A DNA stretch of 34,600 nucleotides, taken from a virus. Its lineage: Duplodnaviria > Caudoviricetes. The stretch is from positions 1-34,600 of IMG/VR virus record IMGVR_UViG_3300027711_000011; one strand, written 5' to 3'. Each line of letters opens with the position of its first letter. Positions within the stretch are counted from its first letter, which is position 1. Below are positions 25,586 through 34,518 of this stretch, in pieces. The translations under genes were made by a program, and so were the position numbers. Below the pieces are notes generated by a model, which was given only the letters and a program-made list of their open reading frames with translations, ran no database searches and was not told where the DNA came from.

Positions 25586-26118
25586 TTCATTGCTTGTTTC
25601 GTTAAATACTCAATTTTCGCTTTTTTATATCCTTCATCATCTCGGTAGTCTGTACTACTTCGTTCGCCTTCAAACTTACCCGCAAGGTGCTTGTTGTAGT
25701 TCTCATTCATCACCATGTTCGACTTCTCTGCAAGGTGATCGTTCACAGCCTTGAGAATGGTGGGTACTTTCAATTTGTAAGTGGAGGAGGTTTTGATTTT
25801 TTGACAGATGAGATACAAATCTTCTAATGATATTGATCTTGTGATGCCTGTTCTCACTTCTGCCACTACCTCAAGGATATCATCCTTTCCTATATCGCCA
25901 CCAAAAGATTGGTTAAGGTCTGAAACTATTACCGCTATTGCGTTACTTATCGCTTCTTTTCCATGTTGCCTTTCCAGCGCACCTATGGCAGGTGGTTGTT
26001 CTTTTACCACCTGTCTCAGTGTCATTGCTCCGAAGTGCTCTATTAATTCAATCTTAGAACTTTTGGCGGAAATCATTTGATACAGACTTGGCTTGTGTTT
26101 TTGAATCTGATGTTCCAT
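25582..26118 (-). CDS. Hypothetical early protein
   Basis: 178-aa ORF in the early operon. Confidence 0.65.
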   Translation of the reverse strand: MEHQIQKHKPSLYQMISAKSSKIELIEHFGAMTLRQVVKEQPPAIGALERQHGKEAISNAIAVIVSDLNQSFGGDIGKDDILEVVAEVRTGITRSISLEDLYLICQKIKTSSTYKLKVPTILKAVNDHLAEKSNMVMNENYNKHLAGKFEGERSSTDYRDDEGYKKAKIEYLTKQAMK

Positions 26119-26608
26119 GTTTAACTGTTTTTAGAATGATATTTATATTTGAATTGATTTGTCTGAGTTCTTTCTGTTCTCTGTAAAAATCGTCGAGAAC
26201 ATCCCAGCTATTCAAGAGGTATTGAAACACTTCTTTGACTTCATCATCGTTGGTAGATTGCTTTCTGAGATAAGCGATGATCTGCTTGAGGTGTCTTCCT
26301 GCCACTCCATCTATTTTGGGGTTGATTTCTGTTCTCTCTAAGTACCAGGAATGATAAGCTTCCATCATTTCAGTGAAGAGTGTTTTTTTCTTTTGTTCAA
26401 TGATTTCATAGAGCACTCTACCTTCATAATGTGTCTTGAATTTTTCTAACTTATCAACTGTACGAGGCACAACCATCATCAATGCTTTGTATTGCGCATT
26501 ATTCATTTTGCCTGATTTAATTTCAAGACGTTTGAAACGCTTTTGCAAATACGTTGCAATGATGTTGGCTGTAGCTCCGTGAGTGAGTAATGTGATTTTA
26601 ACTTTCAT
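26054..26608 (-). CDS. Hypothetical early protein
   Basis: 184-aa ORF in the early operon. Confidence 0.65.
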   Translation of the reverse strand: MKVKITLLTHGATANIIATYLQKRFKRLEIKSGKMNNAQYKALMMVVPRTVDKLEKFKTHYEGRVLYEIIEQKKKTLFTEMMEAYHSWYLERTEINPKIDGVAGRHLKQIIAYLRKQSTNDDEVKEVFQYLLNSWDVLDDFYREQKELRQINSNINIILKTVKHGTSDSKTQAKSVSNDFRQKF

Positions 26609-26613
26609 AGTTG

Positions 26614-26865
26614 TTAATTATTAAAAATTTTGTCTAAAACTTGAAGTTCAAAAGCATCTGTAACTTTCAAGTCTTTATAACCAGGTATTGAAATTTTCAC
26701 CTGCTTCTTTTGGTGATGTGAAATTTCAACTTTTATTACTCCTTTCTCCCAAACTTCTAATTCTAGAGTTTTTTCTTGTAATGATTTATCAAAAACATAT
26801 TTTGAGAGGCAGTGCCTAAATCCATTAATTGCTAATTTCAAGTGGATATTCTTTGTATACTTCAT
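26614..26865 (-). CDS. Hypothetical protein
   Basis: 83-aa ORF overlapping the upstream stop. Confidence 0.55.
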   Translation of the reverse strand: MKYTKNIHLKLAINGFRHCLSKYVFDKSLQEKTLELEVWEKGVIKVEISHHQKKQVKISIPGYKDLKVTDAFELQVLDKIFNN

Positions 26866-27263
26866 AGTTGTTCAAATGTTGTTTTATAAAATTGCTCTGC
26901 TTGGTAGACAAGTTTTAAAAGGTCATTACCTCTGTATTCGTTCAATTCTACCTTAGCGTGTCCTCGTTTAATGCACCATTCATTGATGCGTTGCATATCT
27001 GGACGGTCATTGGAAGTGTAGCCACATTGGCAGAGTAAAGCAATCACCTTCTTGCGCATCCTGTTCGCCTTGTCGTCTTTGAAATCATTGTTGCGAAGCA
27101 TTGCACTCATTAGATTGGTTAACTCTCGGTAGTCGGCAGGTGTTAATCCTTTCAAGGATGATGTTCTGCCTTCTGTGAAGTCTGCAATCAGTTCAGCACG
27201 ATCTATGTGCATCCCTGATTGCTTCAACTTCTTTTCTATTGCGAAATACTTGGAGTAGTTCAT
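26862..27263 (-). CDS. GemA / Mu gp16-like protein
   Basis: FTEGRTSSLKGLT...E, RKKVIALL and LLKLV pattern of DUF1018-like proteins. Confidence 0.65.
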   Translation of the reverse strand: MNYSKYFAIEKKLKQSGMHIDRAELIADFTEGRTSSLKGLTPADYRELTNLMSAMLRNNDFKDDKANRMRKKVIALLCQCGYTSNDRPDMQRINEWCIKRGHAKVELNEYRGNDLLKLVYQAEQFYKTTFEQL

Positions 27264-27268
27264 GAAGT

Positions 27269-27436
27269 TTAGTTTTCTAAGTGATAAATAATAGATTCGT
27301 AAAATTCAATTCTCCTTTTTGTTTCATCTCTATAACTCTCGCTTAAGGTGTCATATTTGAGAATGTTAGAATACTCTTCAATGCGTTCTTTAGTCGTTTT
27401 GATTATAGATTCTTTAGTTACTTTTGGCTCTTTCAT
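27269..27436 (-). CDS. Small hypothetical protein (55 aa, not in ORF track)
   Basis: MKEPKVTKESIIKTTKERIEEYSNILKYDTLSESYRDETKRRIEFYESIIYHLEN fills the gap, with an A-rich start context. Confidence 0.6.
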   Translation of the reverse strand: MKEPKVTKESIIKTTKERIEEYSNILKYDTLSESYRDETKRRIEFYESIIYHLEN

Positions 27437-27450
27437 AGTTGCTTTTGGTT

Positions 27451-27759
27451 TTATTTTGATTCTAATTCACAAGTATCAGCGGCGCAATACTCGTTCTCTT
27501 CCTTAATGCAATAGTCGCCGCTTTCCTTGCACTCTACTACTGAGAATCTAGGAGATTCCTCTAAGTCTTTGAGTTCAACCTCTAGCTCTGTGAATTGTCT
27601 AAACATTACAATCGCTGCAATCAGTGCAATAGTTATAATTGCTAATGTCCAATAAGCAGGGCTTTGTAATTTCTCTCCAAACCAAAGGAGGATGGCAACC
27701 ACCCCGAATGGAAATCGGGATGGAAGGTTTAATCTTGATATTACTTTCGGTCTTTTCAT
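27451..27759 (-). CDS. Hypothetical membrane protein
   Basis: Two hydrophobic segments and a Cys-rich acidic C-terminus. Confidence 0.6.
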   Translation of the reverse strand: MKRPKVISRLNLPSRFPFGVVAILLWFGEKLQSPAYWTLAIITIALIAAIVMFRQFTELEVELKDLEESPRFSVVECKESGDYCIKEENEYCAADTCELESK

Positions 27760-28004
27760 CTCTTTTTGGTTTTATAAGTTTTAACAACTGAAATGCTCAA
27801 GCCTTCTTTCACTTTCTTCTCAGCTTGAGCGGAAGAGTAGGCGGTCACATTGGTGTCGAACTTTCTTATTGGCTCACCGTTGAACTTCAATAGACAATGC
27901 GTCTTGTAGCTTCTCTTTTTCGGTTTAATAATTTTATTCACTGGCTTTCCTACAAATGTAGGTGTGCCGTCTTTCTTGTAAATTAGTCTCTTTAAGAAAT
28001 GCAT
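27756..28004 (-). CDS. Basic hypothetical protein
   Basis: Start placed at ATG 28004 to avoid overlap with the upstream gene. Confidence 0.55.
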   Translation of the reverse strand: MHFLKRLIYKKDGTPTFVGKPVNKIIKPKKRSYKTHCLLKFNGEPIRKFDTNVTAYSSAQAEKKVKEGLSISVVKTYKTKKR

Positions 28005-28012
28005 TGATTTTG

Positions 28013-28651
28013 TTATTTTATTGATGAAAAATTGAGGTCGATGTTCTGATATTCGCCTGCTGTGTCTTTTGCCCAAATGCGGAAGTAAGTCTTTGAACTT
28101 GGTTTTCTAATTGAGTCCTTCAATACTTCCATTGCCTTCTTGAACTTCGGGTGATCCTCTTCATTCTCATATCGGATAAGGTTCATCACCTTCTTGGTGT
28201 CAAGCTTTCCTCTTGATGTCGTGAATGCATCATGTAGCATTTTAGAAATCATCTTGTTTCTTGTGTTCTTCAAGGTGTCGTTCAGATATTCGTCGAACAG
28301 TTCTCTACATGTTGCTATTCCCATATCGTCGAATGTGATGCGATCATTAATGCTTACCTCTACTTTGATTGATCTGTCGAAATTGTACCAAGTGAAATTT
28401 CCTTTTCCTTTTGCATCGATATTCTTATCTTTCAGATATTGCTCATGTACCTCCTCACATATCTCTCTAACTTTCTCTTTGAAATCGTGAAGTACTTCGT
28501 TTACCTTAATTGCGTCTTTGAAAAGTTTAATTGCGTTCTTTTCCATTAACTTCTCGTACGTAAACAAACGGCTGTACTGCGTTTGGTTTCCCGATTCATC
28601 TATCCAAGCTGTCTCGCTGGACTTCTGATGTGTTGCTTTGTAATTTTTCAT
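28013..28651 (-). CDS. DUF3164-like protein of transposable phages
   Basis: KGNFTWYNFDRSIKVEV, AFTTSRGKLD and SKTYFRIW...YQNIDLNFS motifs. Confidence 0.75.
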   Translation of the reverse strand: MKNYKATHQKSSETAWIDESGNQTQYSRLFTYEKLMEKNAIKLFKDAIKVNEVLHDFKEKVREICEEVHEQYLKDKNIDAKGKGNFTWYNFDRSIKVEVSINDRITFDDMGIATCRELFDEYLNDTLKNTRNKMISKMLHDAFTTSRGKLDTKKVMNLIRYENEEDHPKFKKAMEVLKDSIRKPSSKTYFRIWAKDTAGEYQNIDLNFSSIK

Positions 28652-28893
28652 TTATCCTTTATTTTTGGAATTGTAATTGTCTCCATTCCTGGGTGAGACT
28701 TCCCCATGTTATCTATTCTTGATTGAATCGTTTTTTTATCTACTCTAAGCAGGTTTAGCTTCCTATATTCTTCAATAAAGTCATCTTCAGATGTGCTCAT
28801 AGATTGTACTTTATTTTCAGCTGTTCTTATTTTTACTTCGACAACTTTCAACCGTCTTTTGAGCTCTACAGAGTACCATTTACTATCTTCCAT
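28648..28893 (-). CDS. Hypothetical coiled-coil protein
   Basis: Start placed at ATG 28893. Confidence 0.55.
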   Translation of the reverse strand: MEDSKWYSVELKRRLKVVEVKIRTAENKVQSMSTSEDDFIEEYRKLNLLRVDKKTIQSRIDNMGKSHPGMETITIPKIKDK

Positions 28894-29260
28894 TGTTTCT
28901 ATTGTTAATTGACATGTACTGGCGAAGTGATAGCCATGTACGTCTACATTCAACCATCTCTTGCATTTTATTCTGATAATCGTTCCAGTCGAATTCTTGC
29001 TTTTCGTTCAGAAAGTAGATCACTGCACGCTCATGATTTCTCCACAGCATTTTGAAGAAATTCCAATACTCTTTCTTTGATGAAAATCGTCTGACTTGCT
29101 CATCTTCTATCATGTGAGCTTCTAAGACTTGCATTCCTACTTCGTATTGAAAGGCGTTGTAGTCTATTTCCTTGACATTGCTCAATCGCATTACTTGTGT
29201 TTGCTGCGTTTTCAAGTCTCTTCGCAACTTTTCGACTGTTGTTTTTTCCTTTGTTTTCAT
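28883..29260 (-). CDS. Hypothetical protein
   Basis: Start placed at ATG 29260, after the A-rich leader ACATACAACT. Confidence 0.6.
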   Translation of the reverse strand: MKTKEKTTVEKLRRDLKTQQTQVMRLSNVKEIDYNAFQYEVGMQVLEAHMIEDEQVRRFSSKKEYWNFFKMLWRNHERAVIYFLNEKQEFDWNDYQNKMQEMVECRRTWLSLRQYMSINNRNNGR

Positions 29261-29270
29261 AGTTGTATGT

Positions 29271-29906
29271 TTATTGTTCTTCCATTCCCCAATAGCGCTC
29301 TGCTCCGTGGTCCCAAATTGTATATGGCTCTCCTCCTCCAAATCGAGACGTCGCAAAAGCTTTGTAACCTTCAACTCTGATTTTGACATCTGAGTGATAT
29401 CTTACAGAGTCTGCTGTTGTGCCTTTAGGATTCTTTCCTTCAGCGTGACTTATGAATATGAAAAGCACCTTTGGGTGTGTATTGATAAGATCACTGTATT
29501 TGTTTTTATTCAAATTAGAATACTGAAGGGAGTCTATGATTACTATTTTCGGGGCTCTATTCTTTTTTAATCGGTGACTTAATTCTTCAATTGTTTCTGA
29601 TATAATGATCATTTTTCCATTCACTGCTTTTAGGTTAGTATCTCGGGCAGCACGTTGGAAGGATAATTTCTTTCCTTCCTCAAGTGTGTTATAGGCTACT
29701 CTTCCGAAGTTGGAGAGGTACTTTGCTAATTGAAGTGAAAATCTTGTCTTTCCATTTCCTGAATTCCCCCATATAATCCATGAGCCTGCTTTTTCTGGGG
29801 TACCTACAAAGTCCAACCATTCGCCAGAGAACTCCATCGTGTCAAACTTCATCTTAAGAAGTTCATCAATGCTCGTCGCTCTTTTTAATGTCTTGTTAAT
29901 TTGCAT
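29271..29906 (-). CDS. RecA-superfamily / AAA ATPase
   Basis: Walker A GNSGNGKT, LEEG, and Walker B VIIDSLQ. Confidence 0.85.
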   Translation of the reverse strand: MQINKTLKRATSIDELLKMKFDTMEFSGEWLDFVGTPEKAGSWIIWGNSGNGKTRFSLQLAKYLSNFGRVAYNTLEEGKKLSFQRAARDTNLKAVNGKMIIISETIEELSHRLKKNRAPKIVIIDSLQYSNLNKNKYSDLINTHPKVLFIFISHAEGKNPKGTTADSVRYHSDVKIRVEGYKAFATSRFGGGEPYTIWDHGAERYWGMEEQ

Positions 29907-29917
29907 TTAAACAGGTT

Positions 29918-30757
29918 TTAATTAGCATTTAAAAGGTGGATTCTCTCGATGTCCTTGCGTACTCTTCTGATATCGCCTTCACAATTGTTGTAGATGTACT
30001 GGATGTCTTCTTTAGATTCAACTCCGTTGGCTTTACAAATCAACCCGACATCTGATAAGCTGATAGGGTCTAGCTTGATGAATTTGCGTCCTACTCTTGA
30101 ATAGAGTTCTCTATATCCAATTTTATCGTGTTGAACTCCTCTAACTATGCGCTTCTCAAGCGCAGGAACTCCTGACACTACAAATGCGCAGTTGTCTTCA
30201 AGTTCGTTGTAGAAATCCATGAATAAGTCCATTGATGGGTCTTTAAGCTTGTCGAATTGATCTATTATTAGAATAGGAGCGTTCATTGCTTTCACGTGAT
30301 CAATGAAAGTTTCTATCATCTCCTCCGTTGTGCCATAAGGTCGAATTCCGCACGCTTTAAGGAGGTTCTTCACATAGGACTTCTTGCTCCAGTAGTTCTT
30401 GCATTCGATGTAGATCACGTTCCCTTGAGTTCTTGAGAACAATCTATAAGCTGAGCTCTTACCTGCTCCTGCGTTGTAAGCTATTGCGATAGATAGCTTT
30501 CTGTTTTTCGCAGACTCCAAAAGAGAAGTTAATCCCTTGAGGTTCTTGGTTGGTGCAATCTTCCAACCTGTTGAGATGTTCAGGTTAGATTTTACTTTCC
30601 TCCACATTTCATCGGCAATTAACTCATGGTTGCCATTAATGATCTGCGATATTGTAGCGGAGGAAACTCCTGCTTTCGTTGCGACTTTGTTCTGCGATGT
30701 CGCCTTTGATAATCTTGTAACTTCTTGGGTTACTTCTGCTTTCATTGTTGTATTCAT
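29918..30757 (-). CDS. MuB-like transposition ATPase
   Basis: N-terminal HTH (SQNKVATKAGVSSATISQII), NAGAGKS, LIIDQFDKL, LYSRVG and GDIRR; downstream of the transposase. Confidence 0.88.
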   Translation of the reverse strand: MNTTMKAEVTQEVTRLSKATSQNKVATKAGVSSATISQIINGNHELIADEMWRKVKSNLNISTGWKIAPTKNLKGLTSLLESAKNRKLSIAIAYNAGAGKSSAYRLFSRTQGNVIYIECKNYWSKKSYVKNLLKACGIRPYGTTEEMIETFIDHVKAMNAPILIIDQFDKLKDPSMDLFMDFYNELEDNCAFVVSGVPALEKRIVRGVQHDKIGYRELYSRVGRKFIKLDPISLSDVGLICKANGVESKEDIQYIYNNCEGDIRRVRKDIERIHLLNAN

Positions 30758-30780
30758 AGTTGTATGCTTTTTATTTTGAT

Positions 30781-30990
30781 TTATACTAATTCTGCTATCA
30801 TTTCAACGCGAGCTTTGACTATGAAACAATATTCCTCCTGATGGGTGTCGTTGGATATATATGTCAATTTCATAAGCGGTTGATCGTTGTGAAATTTGTG
30901 TAATACCTGATCTATGTTTTCGGTAGTCCTTAATTTCATTCTACTAGTCATCGTTATAATTGTCTTGAGTTCCATTTCTATTGACTTCAT
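30781..30990 (-). CDS. Hypothetical protein
   Basis: 69-aa ORF between the transposase and MuB genes. Confidence 0.55.
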   Translation of the reverse strand: MKSIEMELKTIITMTSRMKLRTTENIDQVLHKFHNDQPLMKLTYISNDTHQEEYCFIVKARVEMIAELV

Positions 30991-30993
30991 GGT

Positions 30994-32958
30994 TTATATT
31001 CTATTAAGGAAGCTATCAGCCTCTGCTGCGCTTCTTATCTCTTTAGGCACGTCTCCGCCCATTTTAATTGCTAATTCTTGTTGTTCTATTAATTCTTCAG
31101 GTGTTAAGCCTACTTCACGTTGTATGCGCTCTATCTCTTCAAGGTCACGTGCATATTCTTGCTCGGTGATTTGAAAGTCTTTGAACCAATCTGCATGATC
31201 ACCTTCCTCCATTAATGCAGGAATAGATTCGTGTTTCTTCTTTGGTTGAGCGATGGCAACCATTGTCTTCTTATCGTCTGCGGTGGTCTTCCAAAGCTGA
31301 ACACCGTCATTGATTAATTCAGGGTCATATCTAATCTTGAAAGTCTCGCCAACGTACTTGCGTCTGAATTCTAAGTCAATGTTGCCGTTTTTGTCACGCA
31401 CTTCAAATTCGTAAGTCTCACCTGAAAGTTTCATTTTGATGCCATCGCCTTGGTATTTATTGCCTTTGGTTTCTTCCATCCAAAACACTTCTACCATTTC
31501 TGTAATATCAAATTCTTCACGTCTTGGAGCTTCTTGTGCAAATACTTCATTTCGTGTCATGTTCTTGAATTTCGGGTGTTTGGATTCATTCCACTTTTTA
31601 ACCGCATATTCCCACGCTTTTATCAATTCCTCTTTAGATTTCAATAGGTGTTTATTCTTCTTAATGAACTCCATGTTAGGCTGAGAATTCATTGATCTCG
31701 TTCTAACTCCTTGTTTGTCTGAAAACCAAAACTGGTTCAAAATCTGTTGCTGAAATCTTGAGAATATCTGCTCAACAGGAGAGGATGATCTATAAGCCTG
31801 GTGCTTGTAGTGAACACCTCCATCCTTAGCGACTAAATTGGTGTACACGTCTTGCATTCTTGTAGTCGTATGCCCTGACTGACCGTCATAAGTGATTAAG
31901 AATGGACGTGCTCCTGTTGTAGCGACTGCCGACTTCAACGCTTTGAAGTGATCAATGTGATTCTCCGTTGTTGAGTAGGACCAGCCTATTATTTTCTCGC
32001 TGTGAACGTCAAATACTGGATCTATCTTCAATTTCGCAGCCATTTTAAGGTCGTTGTCGTAATAGTGTATCCAGTCGAGTTTCGTTCCGTCAATTGCCCA
32101 GTAAGCATTTGGGAACCATTTTGAGCGGTCACGAGTTACTTTATACCCGAAATGCTTGTTGTACTCAGATTTCCCATGTCGTGAAACTATCCATAGACGT
32201 TTGTTTTCGGGTTTATTTAGCCACAATATCACACCTGATTCAGTAAGTGATGGCCATCCATTGTCTTCACGGATAGATTCGTACTTATCCATGATCGCAG
32301 GAATCATTGGTTTGGTTGGCATAGAGTAATGAACTATCCACCAATCAGCAATTGCACCTGTAATCTTGGATGAGTTATCATTGTTGAATCCTTTATGAAT
32401 TAATGCATCATAACCAACTGCCTTGTATTTTTCGTAAAGTGCTTTTACTCTTCTGTAGTTACCAGGAATAGAATGCTCAAATCTTTTGAAGTTGTTAACC
32501 GCTTTGGACACATTTTGCCACATGCGTGTTTTACCTTGTCCAAGAGCTCTTGATTTTGCGTAGTGATCTGTGATTAATATCTCAATACCATTAAGAATGG
32601 ATGCATTGCGAACGTACTTTTGTTGAGTTTCAAATGGTATTTGCTCGCCATTCTCTTTTCTGAATGCAGCATACACCTCAGCCGCTTGATTGTCAATTTG
32701 TACGATTTCTTCTAGCATGTTTTTTGTTATTTTGTCTTTAGGATGGCCCGCTTTCTGAATAATCAACTCCTTGATGTCTTGTCTGCTTATGCTTTCGAAT
32801 TCAATTAATGCATCAGTGCCTTTACAACCTCTTCGAAGACCGACTAAATGCCCTTTTCTTCGAAGTTGCTTGTAATTGCTCTCCGTGATAATCATAGCTT
32901 CATCAATTAGCCATTTCACACGCACACCGATTGTATTATTGTGATATTCGTAAGTCAT
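30994..32958 (-). CDS. MuA-like DDE transposase
   Basis: WAIDGT, FDVHSEKIIGW, TYDGQSG and VEQIFSRFQ catalytic motifs; 654 aa. Confidence 0.92.
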   Translation of the reverse strand: MTYEYHNNTIGVRVKWLIDEAMIITESNYKQLRRKGHLVGLRRGCKGTDALIEFESISRQDIKELIIQKAGHPKDKITKNMLEEIVQIDNQAAEVYAAFRKENGEQIPFETQQKYVRNASILNGIEILITDHYAKSRALGQGKTRMWQNVSKAVNNFKRFEHSIPGNYRRVKALYEKYKAVGYDALIHKGFNNDNSSKITGAIADWWIVHYSMPTKPMIPAIMDKYESIREDNGWPSLTESGVILWLNKPENKRLWIVSRHGKSEYNKHFGYKVTRDRSKWFPNAYWAIDGTKLDWIHYYDNDLKMAAKLKIDPVFDVHSEKIIGWSYSTTENHIDHFKALKSAVATTGARPFLITYDGQSGHTTTRMQDVYTNLVAKDGGVHYKHQAYRSSSPVEQIFSRFQQQILNQFWFSDKQGVRTRSMNSQPNMEFIKKNKHLLKSKEELIKAWEYAVKKWNESKHPKFKNMTRNEVFAQEAPRREEFDITEMVEVFWMEETKGNKYQGDGIKMKLSGETYEFEVRDKNGNIDLEFRRKYVGETFKIRYDPELINDGVQLWKTTADDKKTMVAIAQPKKKHESIPALMEEGDHADWFKDFQITEQEYARDLEEIERIQREVGLTPEELIEQQELAIKMGGDVPKEIRSAAEADSFLNRI

Positions 32959-32960
32959 AA

Positions 32961-33152
32961 TTATGCAGTTTGAAATCTTTGAAAGTCGGTCGTTGGGTTA
33001 AGAATGAACTCTTTCAGTCTTATAGGAGCATGCTCTTGAAGTGTGATTTTATCCTGATGCTTCATTAACTGGAACCTCAATTCGCCTTTACAGGCAAATG
33101 CCGTCCATCCAATAATCTTGTTCCCTAAGTATATAATCTCGTAGCCTCTCAT
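32961..33152 (-). CDS. Hypothetical protein
   Basis: 63-aa ORF with TAATG coupling to the upstream gene. Confidence 0.5.
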   Translation of the reverse strand: MRGYEIIYLGNKIIGWTAFACKGELRFQLMKHQDKITLQEHAPIRLKEFILNPTTDFQRFQTA

Positions 33153-33388
33153 TAAATGTTTTCTTTAATTGATTCATTAATCTGATTCTTTCTGGTCTCG
33201 ACAAACTCGTCAAATACGATTTTGATAACCTTTGAATTCGTCTTTCCTGTAATAAATGCATGAACAGATTGTTTTGTGTATCCTACTGACTTCGCAATCG
33301 CAGTGATATCGCCGTTTCTTAAGTATCGAGAATCTTCCAATCGCTTCTTGATTGCATTTTCTTTTGTTATGGAGTTGTTTTTTTTCAT
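33152..33388 (-). CDS. Ner/Cro-like HTH regulator
   Basis: GDITAIAKSVGYTKQSVHAFITGK HTH; first gene of the early operon, divergent from the repressor. Start placed at ATG 33388. Confidence 0.7.
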   Translation of the reverse strand: MKKNNSITKENAIKKRLEDSRYLRNGDITAIAKSVGYTKQSVHAFITGKTNSKVIKIVFDEFVETRKNQINESIKENI

Positions 33389-33419
33389 ATTTTTGACTGA
33401 CAAACTTTAATTGTTTTGA

Positions 33420-33427
33420 CAAATATA
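33420..33427 (-). promoter_or_regulatory. Early promoter -7 element TATATTTG
   Basis: TAnnTTTG upstream of the early operon, among repeated TTTGAC/TGACAAA motifs. Confidence 0.6.
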
Positions 33428-33481
33428 GATAGTTATATGAATGATAGTATAATTATATGAATGAATTTTGATAAAAATATC

Positions 33482-33880
33482 ATGAACGATAAAGAAAAGC
33501 TTATTAAGTACTTAGAATACAAAGGTTTGAACAAGAGTTCTTTTTGTTCAAAAGCTGGCCTTTCTTCTGGATTTCTTGACAAAGGAAGTAGTTTAGGCGT
33601 GGATAAATTGAGAATTATATCAAAAAGCTTTCCCGATCTTAATGTACTTTGGTTTTTCGATGAAGATGCTCCTATGATTAAAGACAGCTCTAACAATCTG
33701 TCAGAAGTAAACGAACCAAGACCTGACTATGGCAGTAAAAACAAAGACAGCTCTTTAATGGACTTTCTTATTGAGAAAGATAAGGAGTTGAGAAATTCTT
33801 ATGAAGAGATCGGAAGACTAAAGGAGGTAGTTAGACGATTTTCAAAGTCAAATAAGGACACTGAAGATGCTCCTATTTAA
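33482..33880 (+). CDS. Prophage repressor (HTH), no S24 peptidase domain
   Basis: LIKYLEYKGLNKSSFCSKAGLSSG...FPDLNVLW XRE-type HTH and C-terminal coiled coil. Start could be 33461 or 33482. Confidence 0.8.
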   Translation: MNDKEKLIKYLEYKGLNKSSFCSKAGLSSGFLDKGSSLGVDKLRIISKSFPDLNVLWFFDEDAPMIKDSSNNLSEVNEPRPDYGSKNKDSSLMDFLIEKDKELRNSYEEIGRLKEVVRRFSKSNKDTEDAPI

Positions 33881-33897
33881 CGGGAGGCTAAACTAAA

Positions 33898-33923
33898 AAA
33901 GGTCACCTATTAAAGTGACCTTT
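33898..33923 (+). terminator. Stem-loop after the repressor gene
   Basis: AAAGGTCAC-N8-GTGACCTTT; may act in both directions. Confidence 0.6.
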
Positions 33924-34140
33924 CGTGCAATTAATAAACTTACGGTTATGAATACCTTGGGACACCAAAGTTACCAATCTCTTTTATTTAAAGCCTTAAA
34001 TAGCAACTATTTCTTTGTATATCAGGCGTTAAAACTGTTTTTAGATGTGATTAACCCCCATAGCTAAAGGGGTTAAATATGCTTTAAGACGTTTCAAATA
34101 AGTATTAAGCATCGTTTTACGCCCTTGTTTTTCCTCTTTT

Positions 34141-34182
34141 TTGTAACCCCATTTGTAACCCCATTGATAACCCCAATTGTAA
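34141..34182. repeat. 3.5 tandem copies of a 12-bp unit TTGTAACCCCAT
   Basis: TTGTAACCCCAT TTGTAACCCCAT TGATAACCCCAA TTGTAA. Confidence 0.85.
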
Positions 34183-34354
34183 TTTACGTCAAATTTCGAT
34201 AATTATCCTAATCATCTTACTTTTATAGTATTTCCTCATATAATTATACGATAACGGTAGTATTGGCGCTAGTTATACCGTTTTCAAAGCTTTAATGATA
34301 TTGTCTGATATTATGAATAAGAGTAGTGGGAGGTAAACGGTAGATCAATGGGAG

Positions 34355-34474
34355 TTTTGTACGTTTTGAATTTTGTTGGGTGTTTTTGTTTTTTATCTGT
34401 ATTAGTTGATTTTATTGGGGTTGTGGTTGTTTTTATTGTTTTTCTTTTTTGTACGGTTTGTTATTGGGGGGTTA
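34355..34474. repeat. Transposase-binding end sites (equivalent to Mu attL L1/L2)
   Basis: TTTTGTACGTTTTGAATTTT (34355-34374) and TTTTGTACGGTTTGTTATT (34447-34465), inverted relative to the sites at 134-173. Confidence 0.75.
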
Positions 34475-34480
34475 GAACTA
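34475..34480 (+). repeat. Right copy of candidate target-site duplication GAACTA
   Basis: Matches 121-126. Confidence 0.75.
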
Positions 34481-34484
34481 GTCC

Positions 34485-34518
34485 AAAAAAAAGTGGAGAC
34501 TTCTTTCGAAATCTCCAC
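34485..34518 (-). terminator. Host rplT intrinsic terminator
   Basis: GTGGAGA/TCTCCAC stem followed by a T8 tract on the - strand. Confidence 0.8.

Larger units (their letters stand above)
125..34474. mobile_element. Complete Mu-like transposable prophage (contractile tail)
   Basis: DDE transposase plus MuB-like ATPase, full head, tail and lysis gene set, GAACTA at 121-126 and 34475-34480, inverted GTACAAA-containing end repeats, and host genes on both flanks. The left boundary is 125 or 127 depending on duplication length. Confidence 0.95.

Noticed and set aside
34141-34182. CRISPR array
   Set aside because: The 12-bp units are directly adjacent with no spacers, and there are no cas genes.
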